DNA from: Zancudomyces culisetae HAW-14-8
Taxonomy: Eukaryota > Fungi > Kickxellomycota
DNA: 64,000 nt
Direction of reading: 5' to 3'
Assembly: GCA_052426225.1 (NCBI GenBank)
Contig: JBNJNM010000006.1
Span: forward strand, 2,604,001-2,668,000
Positions within the stretch are counted from its first letter, which is position 1; every line of letters begins with the position of its first letter. Shown here piece by piece: positions 39,602 to 50,108 of this stretch. The position numbers and the translations under genes are program-made. A model generated the notes under the pieces. The model ran no database searches, had not been told where the DNA came from, and saw nothing but the letters and a program-made list of their open reading frames with translations.

Positions 39602-39791
39602 ATTAATAGTGTTTTTTGATTTTTTTTTAATTCTTATTTTTGGCTATTAGTTAGGTATTTAAACATAATAGTCATCGAATCCCCACAAAAAAAGTTGTAA
39701 TGATACAAATAGCTACTGCCATCCACAACCTATATTAATGGCAATAATTTTTTGACAAGAGTTTCTCCTTTAGAGTGCGAATATCTTCACA

Positions 39792-40080
39792 TTTTTATGT
39801 ATGAAAGAATTGTATTTGGAACCACAAGGTAGCACCACTCTCTTAGTCGTAATAAGAGTGCTTATGAATCATACAATCACTATCAAGTAGAGCTTCTGCT
39901 GTGTATGACACAAAGGTTAGGAGGGATTGAAAAGTTCAAACTGAGCGTATGGATCGAGATCATAGCCATGATCAGGTGTTGGGATGAGACTGTAATATGA
40001 ATACATGATGGAAATCAGGGCTAAAGCGAGCACCCGGAATGTGATAGATGTGTATTTGTGTATTTGTGTATTTGTAATTT
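39792..40080 (+). repeat. ~290-bp repeat R, copy 1 (inverted partner at 54968-55248)
   Basis: For example gaattgtatttggaaccacaaggtagcaccactctcttagtcg...cacccggaatgtgatagatgtgtatttg is found as reverse complement at 54968-55248, with a handful of substitutions and one 8-bp unit indel. Confidence 0.95.
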
Positions 40081-40314
40081 CAACTTTGCTTCTTATTGGT
40101 TGCTAACCAGATCGCAATCATTTTGAATTTCCTGTGAAAAGAATTTTTCTGTTTTGAGCTGATGTGGTAAAGCAATAAAACCAACTGCGTTCACAAGCAA
40201 AAAAAAAATAATCTCAGTGCTAGCTGGCTTATCTGTGTGCTTTCTAATTATTTGAAGGATACATCCAAATATTATATGAACAAAGATACCTCAACAGGAT
40301 CAACATGGTACATA

Positions 40315-40315
<1 letters not shown>

Positions 40316-40348
<33 letters not shown>
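40316..40348. repeat. (TA)n microsatellite
   Basis: About 16 TA units. Confidence 0.95.
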
Positions 40349-40353
<5 letters not shown>

Positions 40354-40981
40354 TTGGCCTTATTTTGCGTTAAGGCAGTTGCTAGGGTTATAGGAGGGTT
40401 GTTCTTTCTACTTATCAAATGCTGTAATGAGTTATCGATGGACATTGAAACGTTTTTATTATTTGGCCTTTGATGCGTGGATTTACGCAAATTAGCTTCC
40501 GATACAGCTACTTGAAGAATTTTACTTTCATGCTATTTGCTATAAAAAAAAATGATTGTGATATTTGGCGCGGAATAATTAATTTCGTTTTTCGGAATAT
40601 CCAAGCCCATGTCGTAAATGGGGTACCAATGTGAATTTTTCAAAGGCTAGGCAAAACAATGAAAGCTCTGAAATTGTGTTCGTATATTTCCAAATGTGTT
40701 TGTAATCTAATTAAAAATTTTTCTCGTTTTTTTTCCGAAACCTAAATATCAAGCCCCAATCAACAGTTTAAATTAATTACAGATTGTAAAAGCCAAATTA
40801 ACATTTAAGGCGCAAAAAGTAAGCATTGTAGCTTTTTATAAAACTTCTAGCAACTAGAGTACAAAACACCAGTTGGGATATTATAACTACTAAAGTTGGC
40901 CTTGAAAAACAACCTAATAACAAGGTCATTTCAAAAAGTCCGTAGCAATAACGAGAAAAAAAATAAACGAGAAAAGGAATA

Positions 40982-41797
40982 ATGGTGGTGTGGCCTCCAG
41001 CAGGAATAACAGTAGTACCTGAGGATATGATCCTTGGGTCTCTATCCAAGTACGTAATGCAACCTCAGTACGTACTGACCATCATCTTTACTTATGTCAT
41101 TCTTGTTCATGTGTTGCAACCACCAAAGGAAAAATCAACAGTGTCAAGAATCGAAGCCAAGAAAAGCACCAAGGATATTGGAAAAGTCGCTAAGCAGAAT
41201 AGTGCTCTTACTGCCTTTATCTTCTTGCACAACACATTCTTGTGCTTGTACTCTGCTTGGACATTTGTGAAGTCCGCACCATTGGTATATAAAGTATTTA
41301 CAACAGAGGGTGTGTGTGATCCAAACAACGTATCGTGGAACAGTGGGATGCTTGAGATAACATACTTGTTCTACTTGTCAAAATACTACGAATTTGTAGA
41401 TACTGCAATTATCTTGATGAAGGGACGTCGCGTGATAACCCTCCAAACATACCACCACGCGGGGGCAGTACTGGGCATGTATTTGGGATGCCTGTTCATT
41501 CCCACACAGATATTTGTTTTTGTCGTATTCAACTCATTTGTGCACACAATCATGTATGCATATTATGCGCTCACAAGTATTGGGTTTTCTCCGTCCGGAA
41601 AAGAATACATTACAAGACTGCAACTTGTTCAATTTTTTACAGGAGTCCCTGCTGGTATTATCATGAACTGTATGGAGCATTGCAACGACTTTTATAAGGT
41701 CATGGCCACGTCTGTGAATCTAGCATATGTGGTTTATTTAGCAGTTATGTTTTTAGATTTTTCCAAAAAAACGTATCGTAAGAAAAAAGCGGTGTAG
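40982..41797 (+). CDS. GNS1/SUR4 (ELO) family fatty-acid elongase, copy A
   Basis: LSKYYEFVDT, LQTYHHAG, FNSFVHTIMYAYY, ITRLQLVQF, C-terminal KKxx; intronless. Confidence 0.95.
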   Translation: MVVWPPAGITVVPEDMILGSLSKYVMQPQYVLTIIFTYVILVHVLQPPKEKSTVSRIEAKKSTKDIGKVAKQNSALTAFIFLHNTFLCLYSAWTFVKSAPLVYKVFTTEGVCDPNNVSWNSGMLEITYLFYLSKYYEFVDTAIILMKGRRVITLQTYHHAGAVLGMYLGCLFIPTQIFVFVVFNSFVHTIMYAYYALTSIGFSPSGKEYITRLQLVQFFTGVPAGIIMNCMEHCNDFYKVMATSVNLAYVVYLAVMFLDFSKKTYRKKKAV

Positions 41798-42249
41798 TTT
41801 TTTTTTTTTAGCTTTTTTTTTGGAGTTTGCAGATAATAAAAATCTAAGCGGTTCATGCCAAAAATAAACTATACTTCAGGCTTTAGTTCTTTTCATATAG
41901 CGTTACTATCCCTCACAACTTGAAGCAGATATATTCTCATGTCCACCTTTTTATTAAGCAAATACGACAGCTGTATCATAATAAGGGGAAGGTTTATAAA
42001 GCTTGGCCATGAAACACATGATCGTCAATACCAAATACCATTTCCCTTTGGATACCGGATTTTCTTCAAATGAAATTTTTTTATTATGTTTATTCAGATA
42101 ATTTTTGCGGAATTGAAATTTTTCAGACTTTAAAAGTGTTCAAAGTTTAGGGGGTTTAAGAAATTTTGAAAATATCAAGCTATATTTACCTTGCCCTTTT
42201 CAAAATTCTTATTTCAAATACAGGTTGAGACAACGTCATAAACTGAAAA

Positions 42250-42871
42250 ATGGTGGATCTAAGCAGCTTTCTAAACGGTACTAAATGATTATATTTTTCG
42301 AATAATGCTAAAGAGATTCTAAAATTTTGATTTTATGATTTAGACAAAGTTGGTGTCGTCACAAACGATGGAAGAGTTATAGTAGTAAGTTCAAGATGAT
42401 ATTCTAGTTTTAAAATGAAAGCAATTATTTCTATTTTTTTCGATTGTAATGTTTTATGGGATATTTACAGCTCGACTGACACAAGCTACGTACTTTTGCA
42501 AAATAATATAGGGGACTTTGGTGGGGTTTGATAGTTCAACCAATTTAATACTTAACAATACACATGAACGGGTATTCAGTGAAGATACAGGCTGTGAGTT
42601 TATCGAATTAGGAGCATACATTATCAGAGGCGATGAAGTGTAAAGCATTTATACTTGAAGTATTTTTCAGGCTCAATTTGCCATGTTTATATCGATAGTT
42701 GTTGAAAACCATTTTAAAGCTAACGGTATTCGATAAATCAAACACATTCGCAATTTATTAAATGATAATGAAATATATAGCGCAATAGTAGGAAAAGTAG
42801 AAAAGGAGCTAGATGAAAAAATAGACTGGACACAGATCAAAGCAGAGGCTTTAGCGCCTGTACAGCACTAA
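42250..42871 (+). CDS. LSM8: U6 snRNA-associated Lsm8. Exons 42250-42277, 42344-42384, 42512-42639, 42781-42871
   Basis: Spliced product MVDLSSFLNDKVGVVTNDGRVIVGTLVGFDSSTNLILNNTHERVFS...LGAYIIRGDEVAIVG...LDEKIDWTQIKAEALAPVQH*. Confidence 0.93.
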
Positions 42872-42952
42872 ACTTTGCATATATGGAATACTGTTGATAT
42901 TTGGAGACGGACTTCATTAGGGCTGGCGTATAGTGCAGAGGGAAACCCCGGC

Positions 42953-44065
42953 TTAGAGCTTGCTGGTAAAAACAAGTGCTGCCTTCTTTGGGGAGTATAT
43001 GGCGTCAAGCAGGCGGGACTGAAATGAGGACTTGCTTTCAAGGTCAAACATGTTGAATGGCTCTGCGAGCTGCGCGACGATGCGATCTTCTCTCAACAAA
43101 TCAAACAGATGGTTCCATACCTTTAGCCAGTCTTCTAGGGAGTTTTCTCTGTACCAATGTGTCAACCAGAAACCACAAACCTTAATATCTTTGAATATAA
43201 GCAGTGGGACATCAACTGCAATAGAGTTTACGCCGGACATCATCCCATAATTTACAAAAACGCATCTATTTGGGAGGATTCTTGCAAGCGAAGCAGCAGC
43301 AGGCCCGCTTACACAATCAAATGCCAGGCGTAGGGGCCCAGGCAAATTTTTGATTATCTTTTTAGTTTCTGCAGATTCCAACTCATGCTCCTTTATGATG
43401 ATGTCAGCACCAAGTTTCTTTAAATAAACTTCAGTTTCATTGCTACCGTTTTTATGTTCTCTAATGATATTTATGGTTCGGAATCCCCATAGTTTGGCCA
43501 GCTGGATCACAAGCTGACCAACACCACTGTTTGCACCATTTTGGATGATGTAGTCTCCTGGGTTGAGCTTTACTATTGAATCAAGCATGAGGTATGCCGT
43601 CGCCCCGTTCACCACAACTGAACCTACTTTTGCTGGTGTCAGACCCTTCTTGTTTTTTATTACAATAACGTCTGAAGGCGAGAGCTCGATGTGAGTTGCC
43701 CATGTACCTACTGTGCCCATACTTCTGGGCAAAATCCAGTCGCCAACCTCAATTTTTTCCCCGAGTTTGTCTTTTGCATTTGCCTCGCTTCCTATCTCCA
43801 CTATTCTACCAACACCTTCATGCCCTGCCACGTGTCCTTCAACGCTTTTGGCAGAAGTTGTAGTCAGTTGGGCCCGTTTTTTAAAATTTGGGTACTCTCC
43901 TTTGATTTGGAGCAGGTCTGAAGGATTTATAGGCGCATACATTATTTCTACCATTACCTTTTTCGGAGACACGGGTTTTATCTCTACGTCATGCGTTTCA
44001 AGAACTTGTTTTGGTTCACCTCTTTTTGAAAAAACAATGTACTTTCCTACTCTTTTGCTTTCCAT
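42953..44065 (-). CDS. ETR1: MDR-family trans-2-enoyl thioester reductase (Etr1/MECR-like) with C-terminal SKL
   Basis: APINPSD..QIKGEYP, GHEGVG, GTW, IIQNGANSGVGQLVIQLA, LIFKDI...GFW motifs. Confidence 0.88.
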   Translation of the reverse strand: MESKRVGKYIVFSKRGEPKQVLETHDVEIKPVSPKKVMVEIMYAPINPSDLLQIKGEYPNFKKRAQLTTTSAKSVEGHVAGHEGVGRIVEIGSEANAKDKLGEKIEVGDWILPRSMGTVGTWATHIELSPSDVIVIKNKKGLTPAKVGSVVVNGATAYLMLDSIVKLNPGDYIIQNGANSGVGQLVIQLAKLWGFRTINIIREHKNGSNETEVYLKKLGADIIIKEHELESAETKKIIKNLPGPLRLAFDCVSGPAAASLARILPNRCVFVNYGMMSGVNSIAVDVPLLIFKDIKVCGFWLTHWYRENSLEDWLKVWNHLFDLLREDRIVAQLAEPFNMFDLESKSSFQSRLLDAIYSPKKAALVFTSKL

Positions 44066-44695
44066 TTTGTCCTTACTCTGGGTTGTTTAGAATTATTGAT
44101 TTTTTATTGAGTGAGTTTACTCTTAGTGTATATAGCTTCTGTTCAAAAACGAATAGATAGAAAAAAGTTTATAGCGACCTTCGTCTATTTAACTGAAAAG
44201 TTGATTCTCTGCACAGTTGAAAAATACTGAGCTAAATTAGATTTTCGATAGCATAAAATAAGCACACAGAACCTTGTGTGTAAAGAGCTATCAGTATTTT
44301 CTGCCCAGAAACACATGCAAAACTATTAGTAATCAGTTACAGAATTTCAGAATCACATTAAGTCATAGCGTAAATCCAGCAATTACCAAACAGCGTCCCT
44401 AAACAAATTGTCAACCACAAACCATCAAGGAGAATGTAACTGAAACCAAACCTACATTTCCAACTATCCTCAAGCTTTTCTCGCCTTCCAAATCTTTTTC
44501 TCCCTCTCTCACTGATAATTATTAGCTCAAATTATTTGAGACGAAATTGAATTTAGCCAATTAGCCAATAAGCCAATTGGTCCAATAGACATTTGTTTGA
44601 GGTATGATTTCATTTATTTGCAGTTTGAATACCAGAGTTATTTAAAAACAAATATTAGATATAAATAATAGAACTGGAAACAAAAATATACAGAT

Positions 44696-45820
44696 CTAGG
44701 CACGCTTCTTTGAATTTAGCTGGGAGGCAGAATCACCAAGATCGTGGTTTTTCTTTCCATACATCTTTAAAACCCTATTCTCAACGTCTTCAAGATCCCA
44801 TTGGTAGTGTACCAATTCCAAATTCTCTTTGATCCCCAAAAATAGTTTATGATAATCTTGCGGACCAGGCTGTTGTTGTTGTTGTTGCTGTGGCATTCCC
44901 ATACTGCTCATCGCTTGCATATCCTGTAATCCACTACCTGTACTATTTGCACCAAGAATCAAAGTAAAAATACCTCCCAACCCAAAGAGATTAAGAAAAT
45001 ACCATGATAGAGAGCTAACCCAAGTTGCATCCATATATGGTGTGTTAATTCCCGATTGAAGCATCGATTTAAAGCTCATTCCTAGCGGAAATGGAATCTT
45101 GATTAGTATGAATCCAGAAAAAAAATATTGGATCCATCCCATAATTATTGTCTGTGGAACAATCGTCATCATTTGACCCTTGACTCCATCAAGCATCGAT
45201 TCCATAGCTTTGGGATCTGACATGGGATTTGGTGCCCCTTTGTCTTTATTTTCTTTGTTCTCTAAATATTCACCATCTTCGAAGGCCTTACAAAATGCAA
45301 CTCTACGTTCCTCGAATGAATTTTGAGGAACATGGCCGGCATGTTCTATCAAGGTTCCCGCTCTAAGCATCATGTTCCTATAAAACATCAATATATACAT
45401 TTGAATCCCTTTGTTCTAAAAAAGCGTTATACAAAGATATACTCTCTTACCCTTGTCGCATGGCTTTTGTTGGGCTTTGCTTGGGTTTTTTAGTGAATAA
45501 CACGGTCAGTTGATGTCGTAATACGCCGACCAAGATCATCACCACCATAATCGGGAATAATACCCATTCTCTAATCTCTATTTTTTTATATACAGTCATT
45601 ATAGCAAGTAGAATAAATATATCTAGAGGCGTAAGTACTCGTGGTTCACTGGATCCCAACTTTTAATTCAGAATACCCATACCTGGATCTAGATTCAAGG
45701 TTTGGCTTAACCTATTTTTTTTCGATTTATAAAATTTAAGAAAATGAAATATGAGGGGAGTGATTGTAGTCAAAAGAGTATGGACTGTATAGACACTTAC
45801 TTTACTGATGGCCCCACCAT
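44696..45820 (-). CDS. EMC3: ER membrane complex subunit 3. Exons 45820-45801, 45711-45683, 45577-45451, 45377-44696
   Basis: LDPEIREWVLFPI, PQTIIMGWI..FFSGF, FKSMLQSGI, WVSSLSWYFLNLFGL. Confidence 0.95.
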
Positions 45821-46230
45821 TTTAACTATACGTTGTTGATAGAGAATTTGTTTGCTTTGTTTTATTAATGTTGTTTAATTTTTGGGGGTAGTATAATAAA
45901 TATTTAATTATTTAGCACTGAATTTTATCTGCCATTGAAAGGTTTCTGAGCTACCAGATATTGGAAAAATGAATTAAACAGACGCAAAATAATTAGAAAA
46001 ATATAATTTTTGTGTTTGAAGAACCCTTATTGGCTACAGTTTTTAATTGCGTTTACGACTTTGGTTTGTGTAAACCTTAGAAGAAAATCAGCAAATGTCA
46101 TTAAACATTTACAACTAGAATAATATATTAAAATCTATAAAACCACTCTATATTGAATGAAAAAGACTGTATAAAAATAAAAGAACAGCCACTCTTATAA
46201 GGAAAATAAAGGAGATACCTGAAATTCAAG

Positions 46231-47161
46231 ATGCAAGACATAAATGAAGATACAGAATGGAACGATGCTCTGCGTAAAATGGGGATTATTCCAGAAAAGC
46301 CCAAAGTTGATCCAAACGAGCTACTCGATTTGGCAGTTGAAGCGCGTGATGCATATGAAGCGGAAAAACTATCAAAATTGGATTTGGATGAACTCGATGA
46401 ACTTGAAGATCTTGAAGACGATGATGTGTTGGAGTCATATAGACGCCAACGACTAAGTGAGCTCGCTGCCAAAGAAAAGACTGAAAAATATGGAGAGGGA
46501 GTGGTTGCAATATCTAAGCCTGACTATAAACGGCAAGTCACTGACGCTAGTGAAACATGCTGGGTGGTTGTTCATTTATATAGAGACAGGTAAATATGTG
46601 CACATTGTCGAGTTGTATTTATAAATATTATGTATCCAGCGATTGAAAGTACTCTGGAAATAAATGCGTATACATTATAATGAATAGTATTCTTGAGTGC
46701 AAGCTAGTAAACAAGTTGCTAAATGAAGTATCTGCCGAAAATAAGTCCACAAAGTTTGTAAAGATTGTAGGATCAGAGTGCATTCCCAACTATCCAGACT
46801 CTAATCTTCCCACCTTGCTAATTTACAAAGACGGTGATGTTAGGGCTCAACTGGTGGGTCTAAGCTCTTTGGGTGGATTGAACACAAAAAAAAAAGGTTT
46901 GTAAATACAAATATATGTTTTAATTATGTTGATACCTTATACGTAGCGATTTAAGTTTGTATTCAAGTTTGAACCTCAGTAATCAAAACTGTTCTTCATT
47001 TAATGTTAGGTCTGGAGGGATATCTAAGAAGCATTGGTGCTATTGAATCTAAGCCATCAAAAACCAATGAAAGCGATGACACTGGGGATGATGATGATGA
47101 TGATGATGATGATGAAGAGGACTCCAGTTACAGGAAACCAACGTATATATCTCTAGCATAA
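46231..47161 (+). CDS. PLP2: Phosducin-like protein (Plp2/PDCL3). Exons 46231-46589, 46688-46896, 47010-47161
   Basis: MQDINEDTEWNDALRKMGIIP, YRRQRLSEL, WVVVHLY, TKFVKI, CIPNYPDSNLPTLLIY; acidic tail. Confidence 0.93.
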
Positions 47162-47928
47162 TGACATCGATCCAGATGTACACCTTTTTTTGTTGTTTTT
47201 ACCTTTTTGTTTGTGTTTCCGTGACTACGAAAGCGTTTAGTACCGGATTCTTGTAAAGACCAACTTTGATAAATACTTGTGTTTATATTTTGACTTGCGT
47301 TTATGGGTATCACTTTGAAGAGCGTAATTACAACTGTACACAAAACTTTATGTTTATTTTGGCTGATTGATAGCACATAATTGATATTACTTATACTATA
47401 GAAATATCATGAGGTTGTAAATTGATAAGCATTGTGTTTACAACTCTAGCCTCCGAATCTCAGACATATTAAAGAAGTATGATGTTTTTTATGGTATCAT
47501 TTCACATTGATACTCGATACACCCTTTGATTAGGAATATATAGTCCCTTGCATCTAAATAAAGGGCTAAGTGAACACCACTCTTCAGCAGACATTAAACA
47601 GTTTCTAAAGTATTTCTGATTTAATAACAAACTTTTCGTTTGGCGTTTTTGTTTTTTGAAATTCTTGACAGTCATATAACAGATTTCAAATCTTTATTTT
47701 TACTTTGATTTTTGACGCAAAAAAAATTACGGTAAAATATAAATTAATAATAATAATCCAAAAACAAAAACAAAAACAAAAACAAAACAACGATTTGCGA
47801 ACCGCAAAAATAGAACAATCTTGGTTCAGGCCAATGGTATGTAAGTATCAGTTTTTTATCACTTGACGCCAATAGGATCGGCTTTAATGATTTTCGATCT
47901 CCACTGATTATTCATTGTTTAGGTATCC

Positions 47929-47935
47929 TGAGTCA
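47929..47935 (+). promoter_or_regulatory. Gcn4/CpcA-type AP-1 site upstream of ARG4
   Basis: TGAGTCA ~185 bp upstream of the ATG of an amino-acid biosynthetic gene; CCAAT boxes nearby at ~47831 and ~47869. Confidence 0.6.
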
Positions 47936-48118
47936 CTAAGAAACAACAAAGAAGTGGAGAAACCCCCAACAGGAAATTTTTTTTTTGATACCGAGTAGAA
48001 TTGTATAAAAAAGCCCATAAAAACATTCTTTTAGCTTTAAAGTATTGATGTTGTAGCTAGTTTATTAAATACCAAAAAGGGTAGTCAAACGAAAAAAAAA
48101 GAGAAAATACAAGGCAGA

Positions 48119-49504
48119 ATGAGCTCAAATCTCAAAAAACTATGGGGTGGTCGTTTCTCGGAAACCACAGATCCATTGATGGAAGCCTTTAATGAATCGC
48201 TGAGCTTTGATAAGGCCTTCTACAAGGCCGATATAATTGGTTCAAAGGCATATGTTAAAGGTATAGAGAAAGTTGGAATATTGACCAGCGATGAAGCTAA
48301 AGTGTTGTCAGATGGTTTGGATAAGGTGTTGGAGGAATGGGAGACAGGTAAATTTGAAATCAAAATGGGTGATGAGGATATTCATACAGCAAATGAGAGA
48401 AGGTTAGGCGAACTTGTAGGAAAAGTTGCAGGGAAATTGCACACAGGAAGAAGCAGAAATGACCAGACCGTGACTGATTTTAGAATATGGATGAGAGAAA
48501 AACTTAAAGAGCTCTCAACAATTCTCAAGGAACTCATCGAGGTGATATTGGTCCGTGCTGAAACTGAAATAGATGTGTTATTGCCAGGATATACGCATTT
48601 GCAACGAGCACAACCAATCCGGTTTTCTCATCTGCTGCTGAGCTATGGGTTTTTGTTTCAAGCAGACTACGATAGGTTACAAGAACTTTACAAAAGAGTA
48701 AACTTGTGTCCTTTAGGGTCCGGTGCCCTTGCGGGGAATCCATTCAAGGTTGACAGAGAATATCTAGCTTCGCTACTCGAATTTGATGGTGTCGTTCAGA
48801 ACTCCATCACAGGGGTATCCGATCGTGATTTTGTTGCAGAGTTCTTGTTTTGGTGCTCGCTGGTGATGACCCATATCAGTCGTCTTTCTGAAGATTTTAT
48901 AATATACTCTAGTGCAGAATTTGGTTTTGTTACTCTTTCAGATGCCTATTCTACCGGTTCAAGCATTATGCCTCAGAAAAAGAACCCAGACAGTCTTGAG
49001 CTGTTACGTGGAAAAGCTGGTAGAGTGTTTGGAAACATGAGTGGTTTTATGATGACCTACAAGGGCACGCCTTCTTCGTATAACAAAGACTTGCAGGAAG
49101 ACAAGGAACCAGTATTTGATTCACATACCACTATTTATTCATCCCTAAAGATCGTTGCAGCTGTAATTGCAACAATGAAAATTAACTCCAAGAATACCCA
49201 TGCCGCCTTAACAGATGACCTTTTGGCAACAGACCTTGCTGACTACCTTGTGAGAAAGGGTCTTCCATTCAGAGATGCACACCATGTATCTGGTTCCGCC
49301 GTCAACCTTTGTGAAGCCAAGAACGTCCAGCTTTCTCAGCTTTCCCTTTCTGATTTGCAGTCGCTACACCCTCTGTTCACTGACGATGTATCAAACATTT
49401 GGAACTTTACTCAATGTGTTGAAAATAGATCGTCCACTGGTGGAACTAGCAAATCTAGTGTGCTAACTCAAATTGACACGTTGAGAGCATGGCTAAAAAA
49501 ATAA
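48119..49504 (+). CDS. ARG4: Argininosuccinate lyase
   Basis: KLWGGRF, EDIHTANERRL, LHTGRSRNDQ, PGYTHLQRAQP, STGSSIMPQKKNPDSLEL. Confidence 0.98.
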   Translation: MSSNLKKLWGGRFSETTDPLMEAFNESLSFDKAFYKADIIGSKAYVKGIEKVGILTSDEAKVLSDGLDKVLEEWETGKFEIKMGDEDIHTANERRLGELVGKVAGKLHTGRSRNDQTVTDFRIWMREKLKELSTILKELIEVILVRAETEIDVLLPGYTHLQRAQPIRFSHLLLSYGFLFQADYDRLQELYKRVNLCPLGSGALAGNPFKVDREYLASLLEFDGVVQNSITGVSDRDFVAEFLFWCSLVMTHISRLSEDFIIYSSAEFGFVTLSDAYSTGSSIMPQKKNPDSLELLRGKAGRVFGNMSGFMMTYKGTPSSYNKDLQEDKEPVFDSHTTIYSSLKIVAAVIATMKINSKNTHAALTDDLLATDLADYLVRKGLPFRDAHHVSGSAVNLCEAKNVQLSQLSLSDLQSLHPLFTDDVSNIWNFTQCVENRSSTGGTSKSSVLTQIDTLRAWLKK

Positions 49505-50108
49505 TTCTTTTCAGCATACATTAAACATACCACTTGGTCATCTATACGATGATTTTTTCTGTTTTTTCTTGCGTTTTTCTTTTCATCTCTTTGTAAATTT
49601 TTTCATAACTAAATCATGGAACAGCGATTTAAACCAAGAATTGGCAAACCTTGATATAACAATAAACCAGTATACTTAATTTTTATATCCGAGTGACATT
49701 AAAATGTGGTATATTTAGTTGAGGAATTATCACAGACATTAGAATGGTAAAGTTTGAGAAGCGAGAATTAGTATAACTGGATAAACCACTAACAGAAAAA
49801 TATATCACCTTCCCTCCCCCCAATCTACCTATTCAAGTCTAATTTTTAGTTTAAGATCGAGCCATTTAAGAATATTTATTGGAAGTTGATAGTTCCCTAA
49901 CAGTAACAATGTGAAACAAATGTGCACTTATCAAGCGGGTGAATAAATGGCAGTAAACCCTCTATCTATCCTAAACCTATCTATATTTTTAACAACGACG
50001 CTTGCATTCTTCACTATTAAAACAAGCATATATATACCTTAACCCAACTAAACATTTTGCGAACTTGTACAAGCTGGCAAGCATGATGCAATCTAATAAA
50101 ACATCAAG

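Noticed and set aside
40982-44065. Lipid gene cluster (elongase plus enoyl reductase)
   Set aside because: The enzymes belong to different compartments and are interleaved with LSM8; adjacency alone is not evidence.
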